Origin: Camelus ferus
Taxonomy: Eukaryota
Direction of reading: 5' to 3'
DNA length: 64,000 nt
Assembly (NCBI RefSeq): GCF_009834535.1
Contig: NC_045697.1
Span: 34,722,001 to 34,786,000 of the forward strand
Position numbers and translations under genes: made by a program. Each line of letters begins with the position of its first letter. Positions within the stretch are counted from its first letter, which is position 1. This document shows positions 50,705 through 64,000 of this stretch, in pieces. The notes under the pieces are model-generated. The model did not search any database. It saw only the letters and a list, made by a program, of their open reading frames with translations, and was not told where the DNA came from.

Positions 50705-53700
50705 GTGTTATGTAAAACTGCAGTAACACATGTTTATCACAACCAGCACCCTGTCATGTGCCCTACGGACAAACCTCCAGAGTGAAACACCCAAAGCAGA
50801 TCCAACGAGAGCTCCACCAATACAGGCTCAGAGATGCCAAGAACGTAAACTGGCCCTACCCCAAAGTATCCACTTCTACCCGTTACCAGGACTCTGCAAT
50901 GCAACTGACTACAAGCGACGGAGATCAGTTTAAAGAATGGATCACCTATGATTAGTGGCTTACTAGGAGAATGAAATGGTTATGCGTACCTTAAAAATGT
51001 CTGTATCTGGGAAAAGCCAGGTGCAAGAGCAGAAACTCTGAAACACATTATACAAAAAAGACAAAAGCGGGTGAAAGTGCAAACTACTAATTATAGTAAC
51101 AACTGCTGATACTTACAGTGACACTATTTGCCAGGAACTGTCCTAACGACTTTATGTTTAGGGATCCATTTACACCTCACAAAAACCTGTGAGGGAAATA
51201 CTATCATTTGCCCCGGTTTAAAGATGAGGAAAATGAGGCACAGAGAGATTAAGTAACTTGTCCAAGGTCACACAGCTAATAAATAACAAATTTAGGATTT
51301 CAGCCCAGACAATCTGGCTCCAAAGTCCATAGTACACTCTCTAGCTCACAGAAATTCTATTAACTCAGAGACGGACCTTAGACCACAACAGAAATAACAA
51401 AGGAGTAGAAAACTGCTGAAAAGCTCGCTCTAGCACCTCAAGAAACCCATTATCTCATCCAGTGGATACTGATCTCGCTTCCTACAGATATTTTAGTCAT
51501 AACACCCATCCTTAGAAAGCGATTAAGTGTGACGTTTGAAAATAAAAGAAGGACCCTGTTTAGAAACAAATTCTGAATTACATATTTGATTTTTAGCATC
51601 AAGCTACTCATCTTTTTCCAAGAAAAGTCAAATCTCTGCCATTTTTGGATATTGTACTACAATCAATCCTAGTCAGAACTGAGTTAACCTAAATATCAGC
51701 TTCCTTTACTATTTTAAAAAGCGTTGAACTAACAACTTATTGCAGTAGACTTGGAGGCGTCCTCTTCAGCTATGACCCTGTTCCCTACTTGGTGGGATAG
51801 ACAATGAATGTGAATCAGTTCACATTTAATTGAGTTACCTGGGAGTTTTCTCTGTGAAGAAGAATCATGTATTTATGAAATGATCTACTTAACCAAACCC
51901 ATTTTAAACTTCTTAAGAGTCACACTTCAATATAACCATTTCAACTTCTTTTATCTAAGCATTCACAGGAGTATTTTCTTCCTGTGGGTCTCTTTTCTGC
52001 ATAGTCTAGTGAAATTCATAGGGTCCCCACCAACTCACAGGGGCACAGTGAGGAAAAAACAAACACAAATCAACAGCTGTTAAAAGGTCCCATGTATAAG
52101 CCAAAGAAGGGAAGGAGGAAGGAAATGTATGTGCAGAGGTGGTCAGTGAACTTACTGTTTAAGGAAGTCCCCCTTTATGGGAAGTAGCACGATGTGGTTT
52201 AACAGCATACTCGCGAGAAAGATAAGACACCTTGGTTCACCTAGTCAAATAGGATGTCACTGCAGAGAAGGTACCTGACTTGGTTGTCCCCCAGTGCCTT
52301 CACTTGTGAAGCAGATGGTGGCCAATGTGCTGGTTACCCACATATATGCTCTGTGGAAATGCTACGGAGAACAAAGCATTACAAGCAAGTATGCAAAACC
52401 CCTGTGCTTCTGCGAAACCTATGCTATGTAAAATTTAAGAACAAAGGGAAACCCAAGGGCCAGGGAAGTTAAGAGTCCCAGGTCATCCAGAAATGCATGG
52501 ACAAGTGCAAACAACAGGGGTACACAAAGGTAAGAGCTCCAGATCTCAAGAGGCCCCCTTTGAAACAGACTGGATGTAGCATAGAAACGTCTGATCATGA
52601 ACCCAGAATGGCAGAACTGTACCTGAATCAGACTGTAGGCTTCACGAAGCCAGAATCATATATCTTTTAATTCCTCTATTCCTACCATACTGTACATACT
52701 CATTAAATCTTTGTTGTACAAATGATGAATAAAGAAAAACAAATGATCTGAGTCCCATATAACAAATAAAAGTGTATGCCAGAGATGAAGACTGAGGTGC
52801 AGCTAAGTAACTTGGCCAAGACGGCAGAATCAGCAGATGGCAGGTCTGGGATCCGAACCAGGTGTGAACTTGTATTCTTTCCTCCCCATGTGAGTTACCA
52901 GTGAAAGACACCATTAGATAATTTATTATCAGAAGTAAAATAAGGGAGATGACATTTTAACATTCAATTTTTGAAGATCCCTTTCCATATGGATAATGCA
53001 CTGTATTAACTTTGTATATCATTTAAGAAAATATGCCTATAAACATAAACATTTCCCCTGCCTACTTCCAATGCAATTTTATTATACTCAGACTCAAATT
53101 ATTTACTGCATGCCTGGTATATACTCACAGAAAAAGAAAATTCATTTTATTGAACTTTCAGGATGAATAAAGAGCAAGTAAGACATAACCAAAACACATT
53201 TGAGGAAACTAAAGTAAATTTTCATTAATTTCTGAATTTATTCAGAAAACATTCATTGCATATTTAGCTGCATTGATGGCATTACGCTCGATGCTATGGA
53301 AGAGGCGAGCACACATAAGTCACAGCCCATGTCTTTAGGGAGCCTAGACTGAGAGAGGAGAAAATCCTCAAGTGTCCATAATGCAAGAAAAAAAGCACCA
53401 TAAGGAGGAGTTTAGTAGCAGAAGAGATGCCTTCTGGCCAAGGGTTTTGAAGGACAAGCTTTAGGGAGGAGAAAGGGCAGTGAGCTGGGCCTTGAAGAAC
53501 AGACAGACTTGAACATCGGACAGACTTGAACATGCAGCAACAGGGCTGGGTGGGTAGACAGGGGTCATTCCAGACACAGGAAACAACATGGGCCTGGAGG
53601 GCTGGAAAAAAAGTATATGGATTCCCTTCTGTCAGGAAATACATAAATATTAATACACACACACACATATACATATACACACATACACATAAAGACAGAC

Positions 53701-56299
53701 ATAGTCCCCTACAAGGAGAAAAATTCACATGTTACAATCTCATGAGCAGGGAATTACACCTATCCATGTTACTTTTTGCAGTGGCAAATACAATTAAGAA
53801 CAGCTATATCTATGTGATTACTTGGAATAAAAATAGAACTTTTCCCAAAAGTCTCCTCATACAACCAGGATGATTGGACCAAGTTGTTGGGGGGAGGTTT
53901 CCTTTCCCACAATCTATTAAAATTCACTAGATATTTCATTTAAGTCTCTTACTTATTCACTTAATTTTATTTAACAACTATATTGCACATATTGTGTGCA
54001 ATTTCTTACTTCAGGTGTTTACCAATGTGGAATTATGCAAATACTATAGGTAGCTCTCTAAGACTAAAAATTAAAAAGGTCTAAAAAAAGAGCTTTGGTA
54101 AAAAGATTGCAACAACGTTTTTAATTATCTGAAGTAGTAATCATTAAACTTTAATATTTATCTTGGAAGTATAGTAATATTCACAAAACCCAAGGCCAAT
54201 AATGTCAGGAGTTCTCCTAAAAGAGTCACAGAATTAATCATTGGATAACACAGGTGTTTCTCAGCTCCCTTCTATGGGTAATTCTCTACCTGTATCTGAC
54301 CAGTATTAACCAGTGGCTAAACCATGTTCAAAATGGTTTTAGAAACAACTCAAATTGTAGTTTTAAATGGCTATGTATAATTATTACCAACAAGAATTAT
54401 TTTGAGAGCCTAGTGGGTGCAAGACATTATGTGATATACTCAAATTACAGGACAACAACCTCTGCTCTCAAGGAGATTATTATGTAGCTGGTGATTTAAA
54501 AAGGCAACAATGATAATAATGCATATAAATTTAACAGTAATTCTGAAAAGGCTGGCATTTACAACTGGGGGGTGGGGAGGTGAATAAGGCCTCTCACTTA
54601 AGTGGACTTGAGATGGGACCTGGATAAACAGGAGAACTGTTAGGCACAGCAAGAACAAAGCTTCAAAGACAGAACAGTGGCAAGTATTTTTAAGCCAACG
54701 GGTCTGAACAGTCAATAGGTGGAGTCCATTCTGTGAACAACCACATTATTTAAGTTGTGTAAGTGCCCTTGCCTCCTAGGGCAACCCAAACACATTCTTT
54801 CTAGAACAAAGGCAGTGCAACAAGAGAGGCTGACCTGAGTTTTGGTCCAGGCTTAACAACTAGCTTACTGGGTGACCTGGAGCAAAGTATCTCCTTATCC
54901 TCAGTTTCCTCAAGTGAAAAATTTGGGGGCTCTTCTTTAAAATTCCTTCAAGCTCTAAAATTGTACAAGTCTTCTTCATTACTAACAAATCAATCATCCC
55001 CTTGGATGGGTAATTATCAGTATAATAAATCTATACAGGCCTAGAACAGAATAGCTCCACAAACACACCAATCCCTCTTTCACCCCAGGGCCTTTGCACA
55101 TGATGTTTCCACAGTATGAATGAGCTCTTTCTGCCCAACACTGCCCATACTCCAACCTTTGGCCAAGTGGAGGCCTTCCCCAACCCCTCCCCAACCTCCA
55201 CCCACCTCCTTGCCAAAAATGTACACAGTCTACACTTTTACCACCAAAGCTTCCTCGGCTCATATAATTTGGTCTCTTTTTCAACTGTCCCTCAGGATAG
55301 ATACTATCATACTTATCCTCAGCAAAAAACACTGAACAGAAACTACAAGTTACTGAACTATCTTCAAAGATATCTAAGAACCCCTTGCCCCATAGTTCAT
55401 GATGCAGAGAAAAACAAAACTCAGGTTACAAAAATCATGATGTCAAATACAGTTCTTTTTTTTTTAACTGCAATGTTACACATACTTCTGATTAAGACAG
55501 GTCTCTTTCAAGATAGGCAGATGTGAAAAGGAGGTAGGGAGAAACACAGTTTATTTCAACTATACCATTTCCCAAACATTCTGGGAATTGTTTCTTCATA
55601 ATTGCCTTCAGTGCCTACAGCAGTTTTTTGAATATATTCAGTGCTAAAATAGCTAAATAAAACTTTGGTGGAAATTTGACTTTTTGATATCACTAAAAAT
55701 TGCTGAGAGCTAAGTCTTATGAATAAAATAAACTAGGTAATACCATTTCTGAGCAGAAATGCTGATTTTCTGTACAGCCTTTGTCTCTCTCATCACGATA
55801 TAAATAATCAATGAGTAAACCACAACTATCAGAGCCAGACCCAAGAGTGTTTTTCGAGATCTAGAACTCTTTCATTATTTCTACTTTTAAGTAGCACGAG
55901 GACCAAACCTTTGATTAAACTCCCTCTTCACTTACTAGTAATTTATTCATCCTGTACTGTTTTCCATAAAACACTTTACATGTCTAAAATTGTTTAACAT
56001 AGAAGAATAAAAAGTTAAAATTGAGATGTGGGAGACAGGAAGGAAAACAGGGATAAGGGATTTGTACTCATCCTAGAGGACCAGGCTAAAATAACTTACA
56101 CTGCAGGAAGGTGAACTTCAGCTCCTAAGGATGATCATGAGAATTAGAGTAGGAGAACAACTACAATGGTTTTAAAACCTGATTTCATGTTTGTGGACTC
56201 TCATATATAATCACTGAGTAATCGTGATATAGTCGGCATTCTATAACAAAGGACAAGGGACAGCATTTCCTCCATACACTTCTCTTGCTTGCACCATGG

Positions 56300-56780
56300 A
56301 AATTTACAAATTTTATGTCTTGACCTACTAAACACAATGTGTGATCAGGGATTAAATCCTGGATTTGGGCAAGAAGGGGAGGTTGAGAAAGAGCTATGAA
56401 GACATCAGTGGAATGATGAATGAAATTTTTCTACAGACTCTGGACCAGATAGAAGTACTGTGTCAGTGTTTAACGTCTTGATTTTGACCATTGTTCTGTG
56501 GTTCTAAAAGAGAATGTCTTTACTTTTAGGCAATACACAATGACCTATTTAGTGGTAAAAGGGGCGCTATCTACAACTCACTCGTCAGTGGTTCAGAAGA
56601 CAACACGCATGTAAAGAGAAAGAGACAAAGGTAGAGACCAAGACAGTGATAGAACAAATGGGGAAATCACAGGCAATTTGTGAATCTGAGTAAAGATTAC
56701 TTGAGAGTTCCCTATAATATTCTTGCAACTTTTCTGCAAGTTTGAAACCATAGCAAAATTTACAGTTACAAAAAAATTTT
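56300..56780 (+). mobile_element. Old L1MC/MD-like 3' fragment
   Basis: aaacacaatgtgtgatc...aatcctggattt, gtcagtgtttaacgtcttgattttgacc, cttgcaacttttctgcaagtttgaaacc. Confidence 0.7.
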
Positions 56781-58627
56781 TTAGGAATGTAGATGGAACA
56801 AATGGCATTCTCCCCCTCTTCTGTCTTAAATAGGTTTCTGCCTCCCAGAGAGGGGGAAAAAAGAAGTGAATGTTATTAAATGACAATGGACAATTTATCA
56901 AATTAAGAGGGTATATCAGACCCTAGGACTTCAGACCTGCATCTTGGCCCTTGTAGGTGATTAAGGATGAGGAAGTCAGATCCAGGACAGCAGAATAAGG
57001 AAACAGATATGAATCAAAAGTGGGAGAAGAGACACAGAAAGGAAATTGAGACACAAACAGGAAATTGGTACTACCTTATTGCAGAAACAAGGAAACTCAA
57101 CTGCCAATAAGAAAATGAGTTTTTGCAGGATAATAGAGTTGAGCATTTTCAGAGCCAGAAAAATCCCCTTGTGCACTAACCACTACACTGTCTATGGAGT
57201 ACTTAGAGCTGTCCCACTTTTTACAAGCTGGCGAGCTGTCTGGGAGCCTGATGCAAATGCTTCCAACTGTCCTGTATTGAAAGAAACTATTTCTTCCACC
57301 CCACACTCACCCTTAGAATCCTAGAAAGTGCTGGAAGATATAAAATTTCAGGTAGCAATTAGAAGGGTAAACCTGTGCTTCCCATTGGGGGATCCACCTA
57401 GTCTAAGGATACAACTAAGGAGAAATATCTAATCATCTCAGAACCTTAATAAACTCTTATTCCTATCTCACTGCAGTCTCCAGGTTCCCAGGCTGGTCAA
57501 GAATATAACCCTATATGACCCAGAAGGCCTTACAGAAATATTTGAGGTTGCCCAGGATAGTTAAGAGAGTCTTGTCATCATACTTGTAACTGATTGCCCC
57601 CACCATCCTAATGGTTAACCATTAACGGCAAAAGGATAAATTTTCAAGCATCTCATTACATAAAATTTTTTATTTCAGTACAACTAGAATAAAATGATAA
57701 AGGAGGAGTTATAGGAAGAGCACTGAACTTAGAGTCAGAATATCAAGGCTCAAATCCTTACTCTTCTACGAATTACCAGTATGATGTTTGTATAGGATAA
57801 ACCTGCCCTGCCTGATTGTTACAGGTTAAGGTCTCCCTGTCTCCTTTGATCCATCCAGCCATCCAACATGTACTGAGTACTCAATTCGGCACTAAACCCC
57901 CAGAAATTACAAAGATAGGAAAGCTACAAACCCTGCCCTCAAAGAGCTGAAAGTCCAATGGGGACACAGGTATGTAAATAAAGTCAAACAACCAAGATGT
58001 CACAATAAAAATATGAACAGGGCACAGAGGGCTGAGGTGGACTGGGGATTCTACCACTGGTGAGAGGAATACAGGAAAGGCTTCAGAGAAGGTGGAGACT
58101 GAGCCGAGTCAGACAAGATAACTGAGTGTTTTACCAGCTACTCAACACATTTTTTGATGGGTAAAATAGTGAATGGATAAACAAATCCTGGCAGGCAGGT
58201 AGAGGGCTATATCACTCCACAGTGATTGAACAATATTAACAAAGGCACAGTGTGAAAGAGTAACTGCGGGTAGAAGACCCAGCTGGGAGTGGAGGAAAGA
58301 GAGAGGGAAGACAAGGAAAACAGGCATCAAGTACCTTGTATTCTACACCAAGGAGTTTTAACTTCATCCTAGAGCAGATGCAAAGCTACAGGTTTTAAAT
58401 AACCCTCTGATGGTTGTATAGTTGAAGATGAAGGTCCAAGAGTAGAATCAACTAAGGGCAGCGATCCACCAAGAGAATGAAGTTGGGAGCTGCAATAAGG
58501 TTGCAATGAAGGGAAGGAGAATTCATAGGACTTGGTAAGAGATCTGATGTATGTTGGGTTGAAGTAGTGATGGCAAAGGAGGAGTTAAGGGTGTAAAGAG
58601 ATAGACAATATACATGAAAGTAATGAA

Positions 58628-58950
58628 TTTTTTTAACACCTTTACTGTGGTATAATCCTGTACAGTAAACTACAAATATTTCAGATGTAAAATTTGATGA
58701 ATTTTGATAGATGAATACACCAATGAAACCACCACCACAATCAAGATAGCTAATATTTCCATCACTCCCCAAGAGGTGCAAACTTTGAATTCCCAACTTA
58801 TTCCTTCCAACCCCCTTTACCCACTGGTAATCATAAGTTTGTCCTCTATGTCTGTGAGTCTGTTTCTGTTTTGTAGATAAGTTCATTGGTGTCCTTTTCT
58901 TTAGATTCCACATATAAGCAATATCATATGGCATTTTCTTTCTCTTTCTT
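58628..58950 (-). mobile_element. Two adjoining L1 3' fragments
   Basis: ORF 58452..58934 begins with an L1 ORF2 tail/3'UTR-like translation; ttagattccacatataagcaatatcatatgg. Confidence 0.75.
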
Positions 58951-59101
58951 ACTCATTAAAGTAATTTCTAAACTATAAAAACAATTGAAGAACATTGTCT
59001 TATGAAGTCCAATTACATAGTGGCAGAGACAAGACAAAAACCCTGTCTAGTGTTAATTTTCTTCTACCATGAAGAAATATTTTTTAAAAAATCATAACTG
59101 A

Positions 59102-60684
59102 CCACAGAGGACCTAGAATTGCCAAAGCATTACTGAAGAAAAAGAAAGACGCTGGAGGAATAACTCTCCCAGACTTCAGACAATACTATAGAGCTACAGT
59201 CATCAAGACAGCATGGTATTGGTACAAAAACAGACATATAGACCAATGGAACAGAATAGAGAGCCCAGAAATGAACCCACAAACTTTTGGTCAACTAATC
59301 TTCGACAAAGGAGGCAAGAATATACAATGGAATAAAGACAGTCTCTTCAGCAAATGGTGTTGGGAAAACTGGACAGCAGCATGTAAATCAATGAAGCTAG
59401 AACACTGCCTTACACCATACACAAAAATAAACTCAAAATGGATCAAAGACTTACACATAAGACAAGATACAATAAACCTCCTAGAAGAAAACATAGGCAA
59501 AACATTGTCTGACATACATCTCAAAAATGCTCTTCTAGGGCAGTCTACCCAAGCAATAGAAATAAAAGCAAGAATAAACAAATGGGGCCTAATTAAACTT
59601 ACAAGCTTCTGCACAGCAAAGGAAACCATAAGTAAAACAATACAACCACCTACGGAATGGGAGAAAATTTTTGCAAGTGAAACTGACAAAGGCTTGATCT
59701 CCAGAATATATAAGTAGCTCATACGACTCAATAAGAAAAAAACAAACAACCCAATCCAAAAATGGGCAGAAGACCTAAACAAGCAATTCTCCAAGGAAGA
59801 CATACAAATGATCAATAGGCACATGAAAAAATGCTCAATATCACGAATTATCAGAGAAATGCAAATCAAAACTACAATGAGGTATCACCTCACACCAGTC
59901 AGAATGGCCATCATTCAAAAGTTCACAAATGACAAATGCTGGAGAGGCTGTGGAGAAAAGGGAATCCTCCTACACTGTTGGTGGGAATGCAGTTCGGTGC
60001 AGCCACTGTGGAAAACAGTATGGAGATTCCTCAAAAGACTAGGAATAGACTTACCATATGACCCAGGAATCCCACTCCTGGGCATATATCCAGAAGGAAC
60101 CCTACTTCAGGATGACACCTGCACCCCAATGTTCATAGCAGCACTATTTACAATAGCCAAGACATGGAAACAGCCTAAATGTCCATCAACAGATGACTGG
60201 ATAAAGAAGATGTGGTATATTTATGCAATGGAATACTATTCAGCCATAAAAACCGAGAACATAACAGCCATTTGCAGCAACATGGATGTTCCTGGAGAAT
60301 GTCGTTCTAAGTGAAGTAAGCCAGAAAGAGAAAGAAAAATACCATATGAGATCGCTCACATGCAGAATCTAAACAAACAAACAAACAAACAAAAAACATA
60401 AATACAAAACAGAAACAGACTCACAGACATAGAATACAAACTTGTGGTTGCCAGGGGGTCGGGGGGTGGGAAGGGACAGATTGGGGTTTCAAAATGTAGA
60501 ATAGACAAACAAGATTGTACTGTGTAGCACAGGGAAATGTATACAGGATCTTGTGGTGGCTCACAGCGAAAGAGAATGTGACAATGAATGTACATATGTT
60601 CATGTATAACTGAAATTATTGTGCTCTACATTGGAATTTGACACAACATTGTAAAATGACTATAACTCAATTAAAAAATGTTTT
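59102..60684 (+). mobile_element. Young 5'-truncated L1 (1.58 kb) with a perfect 16-bp TSD
   Basis: ORFs 59271..59717 and 59808..60314 are the ORF2 C-terminus split by a stop codon. TSD aaaaaatcataactga at 59086-59101 and 60685-60700, at a canonical TTTT/AAAA endonuclease site. Confidence 0.97.
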
Positions 60685-61030
60685 AAAAAATCATAACTGA
60701 AAGTAACAAATAAAAATATCTTCAAAGTTTTAAAATAAAACTTTACCTGTGTTACAGAGAGATTCAATAGATTTTTTTTTCTAATTTTCCCTGGAATATC
60801 AAGGTTGTTTCAAAGGTGGGCTTTGAAAGAATAGCCCTGCAATTCATTAGTATCTGACCTTGTGCAGGTTTTTTAACTTCCTGAGCCTCACGTCGCTCAT
60901 TTTTTAAATGGAGGGAACTAATAAAACTTATACAGCGTTTTGAGGAATAAAGAAAATAATGCATGTACTTATTAGCACAGTGCCTCGCTTGTATTTTGTA
61001 CTCAATAAATTGTATCATAGTTACTATTAA

Positions 61031-61571
61031 TGTGCAGAAAAGAGTTAACATAACAGGCCTCTGAGACTGAAAAAGGTTGGCCCTTGCCTGGCATCTGGAA
61101 ACTTGGAATCTGAGAGGCAGAGGATCCTACCATCCCCAGTACTGATAAGAATAGCTCATTGTGCGTAAACTGTACAAACACTATGATTTAAGCTGAACAC
61201 CTGCTTTCCTTCTGGAGTCTGGAATTTGGGTACATGCCTAGACAGAAGGTGACTATATGACCAGCCTCCAACAGAACCCTTGGGCACTGAGTCTCTAATG
61301 AGGCTCCCAGTTAGAAAACATTTCACAACCGTCACAATTTGGTGGTAGAATTATTATACATCCTCTTTGTGACTCCAGTAAAAAGGGTCTCTTGCAAGCT
61401 TGTGGCTGGTTTCCTCCAGACTTGCCTCATGCACCTTTTCCCTTGCTAATTTTGCTTTGTCTCCTTTCACTGAAATAAACCATAGCTGTTGAGTTCAACT
61501 ACATGCTGAGCCCCATGAGTTCTCCTAGTGAATCATCGACCCTGGGGGTGGCCTTGGGGATCCCTGACACA
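61031..61571 (+). mobile_element. MER68-like solo LTR, copy 2 (TG...CA)
   Basis: tgtgcagaaaagagttaacat...aataaaccatagc...gatccctgacaca. Confidence 0.82.
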
Positions 61572-62977
61572 ACTAGTCTCCCTACCCCTCAACTGTAAAA
61601 ACCATTTGCCAGTTTCCATACCAGAGGACTGTTACACTCAACAAAGCAACCACAGTGGTAATACCAAAGTCCAGCTATAAAAACTTCCTGATTTCTTGGC
61701 TAACGATAGCTGCAGATCTACCTACTACTTGAAGTTCTTTGTATTCAACATTTCAACATATAGAAATCTCTCTACTCCTCATTTTCTCACTGTTATTTAA
61801 TGGGTCTTTGTTTTCTGACTAAACTCCAGCCTTGCTCTTCCCTGGATTCCATCTCAAAACCACATAGAGGCTCCAGCAGGATGTCAAGTGATCTAACCCA
61901 TGTGTCATTTAGTTCCTGGACCAGAAAGCAAGACCACAGTTTCCTTTGTTTTGTGTTATGATAAGTGAGAGTAAACAATATGAATTGCTAGGAAGATCTT
62001 TCATCAGTTCACTAGAAGATGCAGAAACATGAGCTAAGTGAGAAAGAGCAAGGAGGACAAGCCAAAGAATGGCCCACAGCGGCCACTGAAACAAGTTTTC
62101 CAACAACTGACTTGGAAGAAACAGCTTGACTGCATTTCTCATCATCTGGAACAGAATTCTCAGCAGACTTCAAAAAGTACAATGAACTGTACTTAACAGG
62201 AAAATTTTCAATAAAAGCTTGTTACCATGATATTGAAGGAACTGGGGTCCAAACAACCAGGAGAAAACCGAGGCCTGACTCACACTGTGATCAACTGAGA
62301 GTTGTAATAAAGGACTAGTGTCACCTAATTGCTTCAAAGAAACTTGAAATCAGAGCTACAAGATCCATCTGTAGCCTATGAGCAAGTAAAATAAGTATCT
62401 CTGGGGCTACCCTAGAATGGCCCCCATGGTTTTTCTGATCCACCTAGAGTCTTATATTTTTAACACAGTATTATTTTTAGAATACCTGTTGATTCTCATG
62501 GGTTACCCACATCACAGTGTTTTTTGGATCATGGCTTCTAGGGAGAGGGAAATGGAAATAAGAACATTCACCCATGGAAATCAAAGAACTGAGCACGTCA
62601 ACCCCAAGAGGGAAGAAACACAACTGCAAAGTGCTACTGGGCTTACCTAGAAAACAGGCTGAGAGTTGTCATGAAGGAATTCAGCCCAGTATTGTCAAAA
62701 CTTTATTTTCTCAAGAATTCAGATTCTTAAGATTCCTAACTTTTTTTGTAAAGGTAACTACTTAATTTTAACTGTGGGAGGTAAACAAATTTGCAACCAT
62801 ATTCCCAACTGAAGGCCACAGGTATGCCAATGAACTTCAGTGCCTGAGAACAGCATCCAGGAGGGATCAACATGGCCACCTCATGGGAGGAGTGGGGGTT
62901 AAGGCAGGACCAGCTAACAGGACTAGGCTCCCTGGGCCAGTCATCAGTAGCCAGAAAGGAGATGGATTCTTCTGGGT

Positions 62978-63125
62978 TGTTTTAATTGAAGTATAGTTGA
63001 TTGAAAAATATAATGTTAGTTTCAGGTGTACAGCATAGTGATTAGGATTTTTTGCAGATTATATTCCAAGATTGGTTATTACAAGATATTGGCTATAATT
63101 CCCTGTGCTATACAGTAAATCAATG
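62978..63125 (-). mobile_element. Short L1 3' terminus
   Basis: ttttaattgaagtatagttgatt...tccctgtgctatacagtaaat, with ctgggtt on both flanks. Confidence 0.8.
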
Positions 63126-63559
63126 CTGTGTCAGAGGCTGGGTTTTTACATGTTATGACAACCTCCTCATTCTGCCCTTTCTGGTTTTTCTTGTGGCTTG
63201 AGGCTACTGCCAGGCAAGACAGTGGGCCAGGTTCTGATATAAGAGGGGGTCCACTGTTCTCTTTATTCTACTTAAGCTAAAGTAATTAGGGCACTTTTAA
63301 CCTTGTATCATCTTTATATCATCATTTATCATCTTCAAAGTGACTTAACAATTGCAATGATTTCCAATAGTATCAGTCCACATTTCTAAGCAAATAATGT
63401 AGGTTTCTGAGGCTTTTTCAGTTAGTAAAGGACCACGCTTTACCATGTTCACTGCTGTATTTCTATTCTTTTAAGTTCAAATTATAACAAATCTTTATTA
63501 TAAAGCAAAATTTATTAATGTTTCCCCTTAACCGTACTTCAGATTTTAAAATAATTCAT

Positions 63560-63858
63560 ATTTCTAGTCTTATCTGAAACTCTTTTGGAATCCTGAATTT
63601 CTCAGATTTAATAAATGTAATATAGCATATATACCATACATTACATAACACTCCCAGCAGGAACTGGGACACCCCTAAATAATTAAACATATTAATATTT
63701 CTGTATACACATATATGCAAAAAATTCACACTGAGTAGGATAAATAAAGACTAGAAATAGCTTCATCTAAGGTCAGGCTTTGCAACTGAAAGAGTTTTTG
63801 AAGTTTGGGTCTTCAGCACCTGGGGATTCAGGAAGGTAGGTAAAGGACGATAGTCATA
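63560..63858 (+). mobile_element. MER46C-like TcMar-Tigger MITE
   Basis: cttatctgaaac...attcacactgagtaggataaataaagactagaaatagc...ggtcaggctttgc matches the recalled MER46C consensus. Confidence 0.7.
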
Positions 63859-64000
63859 AATCACATGAACCTACAGAATTCCACTGGTCACAATGACAAG
63901 CCACAGCAGAAACTAACAGAGTTGAGGACCACCAGGGAGAAGCAATGCCATTCTGTCTGAATCAGGGGAACCAAAACAGAGAGAAATCAGTGGGAGAAAT

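Larger units (their letters stand above)
18218..64000 (-). other. TEC: Large TEC intron (intron 2); the upstream exon lies beyond the right edge of the window
   Basis: I found no match to the recalled TEC N-terminus (MNFNTILEE...) and the region is repeat-dominated. The human intron 2 is recalled as being about 50 kb. Confidence 0.8.

Noticed and set aside
59291..59869. 192-aa minus-strand ORF (and similar ORFs at 29971-30531)
   Set aside because: This is the antisense shadow frame of L1 ORF2, a common artefact.
41759..61571. Two same-orientation MER68-like LTRs as the ends of one 20-kb provirus
   Set aside because: The intervening DNA has no gag/pol remnants and contains older MIR and L2 elements. 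The LTRs are clearly diverged and there is no convincing shared TSD, so they are independent solo LTRs.
1..64000. CRISPR array, operon, nested gene, processed pseudogene or other novel multi-gene system
   Set aside because: I saw no regularly spaced repeats and no non-TE coding sequence other than the TEC exons. Small ncRNAs cannot be excluded without an Rfam/Infernal search.

Overview
Mammalian genomic DNA, most likely a camelid (alpaca, llama or camel), judged from two Vic-1-like tRNA-derived SINEs. The whole window lies inside the TEC tyrosine-kinase gene on the minus strand. Eight coding exons (exons 3-10 in recalled human numbering, 737 nt) lie between 18217 and 522. All have canonical AG/GT boundaries and consistent phases, and they encode the PH domain C-terminal part, Btk Zn motif, proline-rich region, SH3 and SH2 N-terminal part. 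Positions 18218-64000 are one large intron full of L1, L2, MIR, LTR and DNA-transposon remnants; no ATG-bearing exon 2 was found. I see no novel gene system. The most unusual structure is a ~5.3 kb composite insertion (43538-48875) that splits an older L1MB-like element. It is an L1 with twin-priming 5' inversion geometry and an internal RT deletion, carrying ~0.95 kb of apparently foreign genomic DNA (candidate 3' transduction). Other points of interest are a 2-aa insertion in the first SH3-ligand motif of TEC, two young L1 copies with perfect TSDs, a CpG-dense intronic patch and two haematopoietic TF motif clusters. Repeat family names and ortholog sequences come from memory, not from a search, and the boundaries of old repeats are approximate.
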